Assembly (NCBI GenBank): GCA_041694815.1
Contig: JBGFSC010000047.1
Location: forward strand, 23,362 to 87,361
Reading direction: 5' to 3'
Length of the DNA stretch: 64,000 nucleotides
Source: Elusimicrobiota bacterium
Lineage (GTDB): Bacteria > Elusimicrobiota > Elusimicrobia > UBA1565 > JACRDR01
In this document: one piece after another, positions 62,649 through 64,000 of the stretch
How positions within the stretch are numbered: position 1 is the stretch's first letter
Layout: each line of letters starts with the position of its first letter
Made by a program: the position numbers and the translations under genes
Notes under the pieces: model-generated
What the model saw: only the letters and a program-made list of their open reading frames with translations
Databases searched by the model: none
Told to the model about the DNA's origin: nothing

Positions 62649-64000
62649 CCGCCAGCTTCCGAGCGAGCCTCTCGGCTGCCTCGTAGCCCATCTTCATGGC
62701 GACATGGGTGTTGACGTACTGGAAGCGCCCCTGCCGGCCCGCCGTTTCCAGGTTCGCGATCCGGCCAAAAGCCTCCAACAACCTCCCTAAAGCCTCTTCA
62801 TAACCCAACGTGTATATCGGGTGGGCGTGACGCGCCCGGAAAACGTTCATCGCCACGACTTCATCGCGCGCGACGATTCCCTCGCGGAGCAGGTCGCCCA
62901 GCACGGCCTCCTTGACGAAGGCCTCGTCAGTCCATAGCCGCTCGCCCGGGTCGCAGGTCACCTCGGCGACGAGCAGCGTGCTGCCCGCCGGCTCTATCTT
63001 GAAGCGGAACTGGGCTAGGTCTGTGATGCGGTTGAAGGAATGCTCCCGGAAATACATGAAGGAGGCGGGCAGGACCCTCGGACGCCGGACCTTGATCCCA
63101 ACGAAGACGATGGCGCGAAAGCGCAGGGCGCCGGCGGCGCGCTCGGCCTCCACGCCGAGACCCGGCTCGAACATGCGCGCGGCCTCGTTGATGGGCAATG
63201 TGTTGACTATGGCCGAGCAGGGGATCCTTTTTTCGATACCCTCCACGCGCGCGGAGACCGAAATGGCGCGCCCGCCTTCCCGCGCGATCTCGAACACCTC
63301 GGCGCGGTAGAGGATCTCGCCGCCCCGCAACGCGAGCCGCTCGGCCATGCGGCGGGTGATCAGCGAGAAGCCCTGACGGGTCGTATAGAGCTCGCCTTCG
63401 ACCTTCTCGACGTATCCTTCGGTGCGCAGCTCCCTTTTGCCGAAAAAGGAGCTGCGCAGCACCTCCTTGAGCTTGTCCAAAAAATCCAGCAGGCTCAGAC
63501 GGGGGATGCGCTCGCGCGCGAAGGCCGGCGAGAATCCGGACGGAGGGATGCCCCAAACCCGCTCAATATAATCCTTGAAAAAAATCTTGTAGAGGACATC
63601 GCCGTAGTAGCGCACGAGCACCGTCTCGGAGTTTTCCACCGGGGGCTTGTAAAAGAAACCGTGGAGGAAACAGTACGCGAAGCTTGCCGCCGCCCGACAC
63701 ACGGTCGTGAAGGGCAGCTTGAAGAGCACGTCCGCCACCGAGAGCGGGAACTTAAAGTAATTGCCGAGGAAGCGGATCTGGATCGTGCGCTTGTAGGGAA
63801 GCAATTCGGAACCCATGAGCTCCTTGACATCGGCCAGTATCTGCGGGTCGGTGGTATGGAACACATGCGGGCCGTATTCGTAGACGTCGCCGCCCAACGT
63901 CACGCCCCCGGCCAGGCCGCCAGGATGATCCTCCTTTTCCAGCACCAGCACGGAGTGGCCGAGCTTCTGTAGTCGAAAGGCCGCGGACAGCCCGGCGCAG
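62638..64000 (-). CDS. UDP-galactopyranose mutase (Glf)-like FAD-dependent nucleotide-sugar pyranose/furanose mutase (5' end beyond window)
   Basis: YGPHVFHTTDP and C-terminal GRQGRFQYVNTHVAMKMGYEAAERL match Glf blocks; upstream in-frame sequence GAGLSAAFRLQKLGHSVLVLEK (Rossmann) continues past position 64000. Confidence 0.6.
   Translation of the reverse strand, partial: CAGLSAAFRLQKLGHSVLVLEKEDHPGGLAGGVTLGGDVYEYGPHVFHTTDPQILADVKELMGSELLPYKRTIQIRFLGNYFKFPLSVADVLFKLPFTTVCRAAASFAYCFLHGFFYKPPVENSETVLVRYYGDVLYKIFFKDYIERVWGIPPSGFSPAFARERIPRLSLLDFLDKLKEVLRSSFFGKRELRTEGYVEKVEGELYTTRQGFSLITRRMAERLALRGGEILYRAEVFEIAREGGRAISVSARVEGIEKRIPCSAIVNTLPINEAARMFEPGLGVEAERAAGALRFRAIVFVGIKVRRPRVLPASFMYFREHSFNRITDLAQFRFKIEPAGSTLLVAEVTCDPGERLWTDEAFVKEAVLGDLLREGIVARDEVVAMNVFRARHAHPIYTLGYEEALGRLLEAFGRIANLETAGRQGRFQYVNTHVAMKMGYEAAERLARKLADAR

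Noticed and set aside
1-64000. CRISPR array or other short tandem direct repeats
   Set aside because: No regularly spaced direct repeats were seen. The only repeat structures found are inverted repeats.

Overview
High-GC (~67%) bacterial chromosomal window with dense, mostly operonic coding. The first ~13 kb is housekeeping and the remaining ~50 kb is a single large glycan-assembly island.

Housekeeping block (1-13 kb): dnaE, a HEAT-repeat protein, an outer-membrane beta-barrel protein, a LacD-family class I aldolase next to a 6-phosphofructokinase, a HAMP membrane protein, a TolC-like outer-membrane channel, a patatin-like lipase, a TPR protein and dapF-dapA.

Island boundary: an XRE-type HTH regulator sits at the left edge. 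Next to it is an AT-rich 400-bp gap holding a perfect 19-bp inverted repeat and a 29-codon hydrophobic small ORF followed by a canonical intrinsic terminator.

Glycan island (13.7 to >64 kb), predicted content:
- Sugar activation and modification: GDP-heptose activation genes in two paralogous sets (hddA+hddC, and gmhA+hddA+hddC::gmhB fusion); a Gmd-like 4,6-dehydratase; a ColD/E1-like PMP 3-dehydratase with His in place of the Schiff-base Lys; several Fcl-like and other SDR epimerase/reductases; and a ThDP-dependent pyruvate-dehydrogenase-type E1 alpha/beta pair.
- Tailoring enzymes: a carbamoyltransferase, a radical-SAM/SPASM protein, methyltransferases, a GNAT, an ArnB-like aminotransferase and two Glf-like FAD mutases.
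- Transferases: a WecA-like initiating transferase, four DPM1/ArnC-like GT2 polyprenyl-phosphate sugar synthases, a GT4-methyltransferase fusion and about eight polytopic GT-C (ArnT/PMT-like) membrane glycosyltransferases.
- Embedded non-glycan genes: a 32-bp inverted-repeat pair flanking a 203-bp segment between divergent genes (invertible-promoter-like); a Rieske-domain protein with an unknown N-terminal domain; four tandem translationally coupled secreted S1 (V8-like) serine proteases; a secreted TldD/TldE pair; and a T9SS-CTD surface protein with an adjacent outer-membrane barrel.

No rRNA, tRNA or CRISPR array was recognised. Many ORF-track starts are over-extended; real starts were re-placed using ATGA/GTGA stop-start overlaps, signal peptides and family N-termini.
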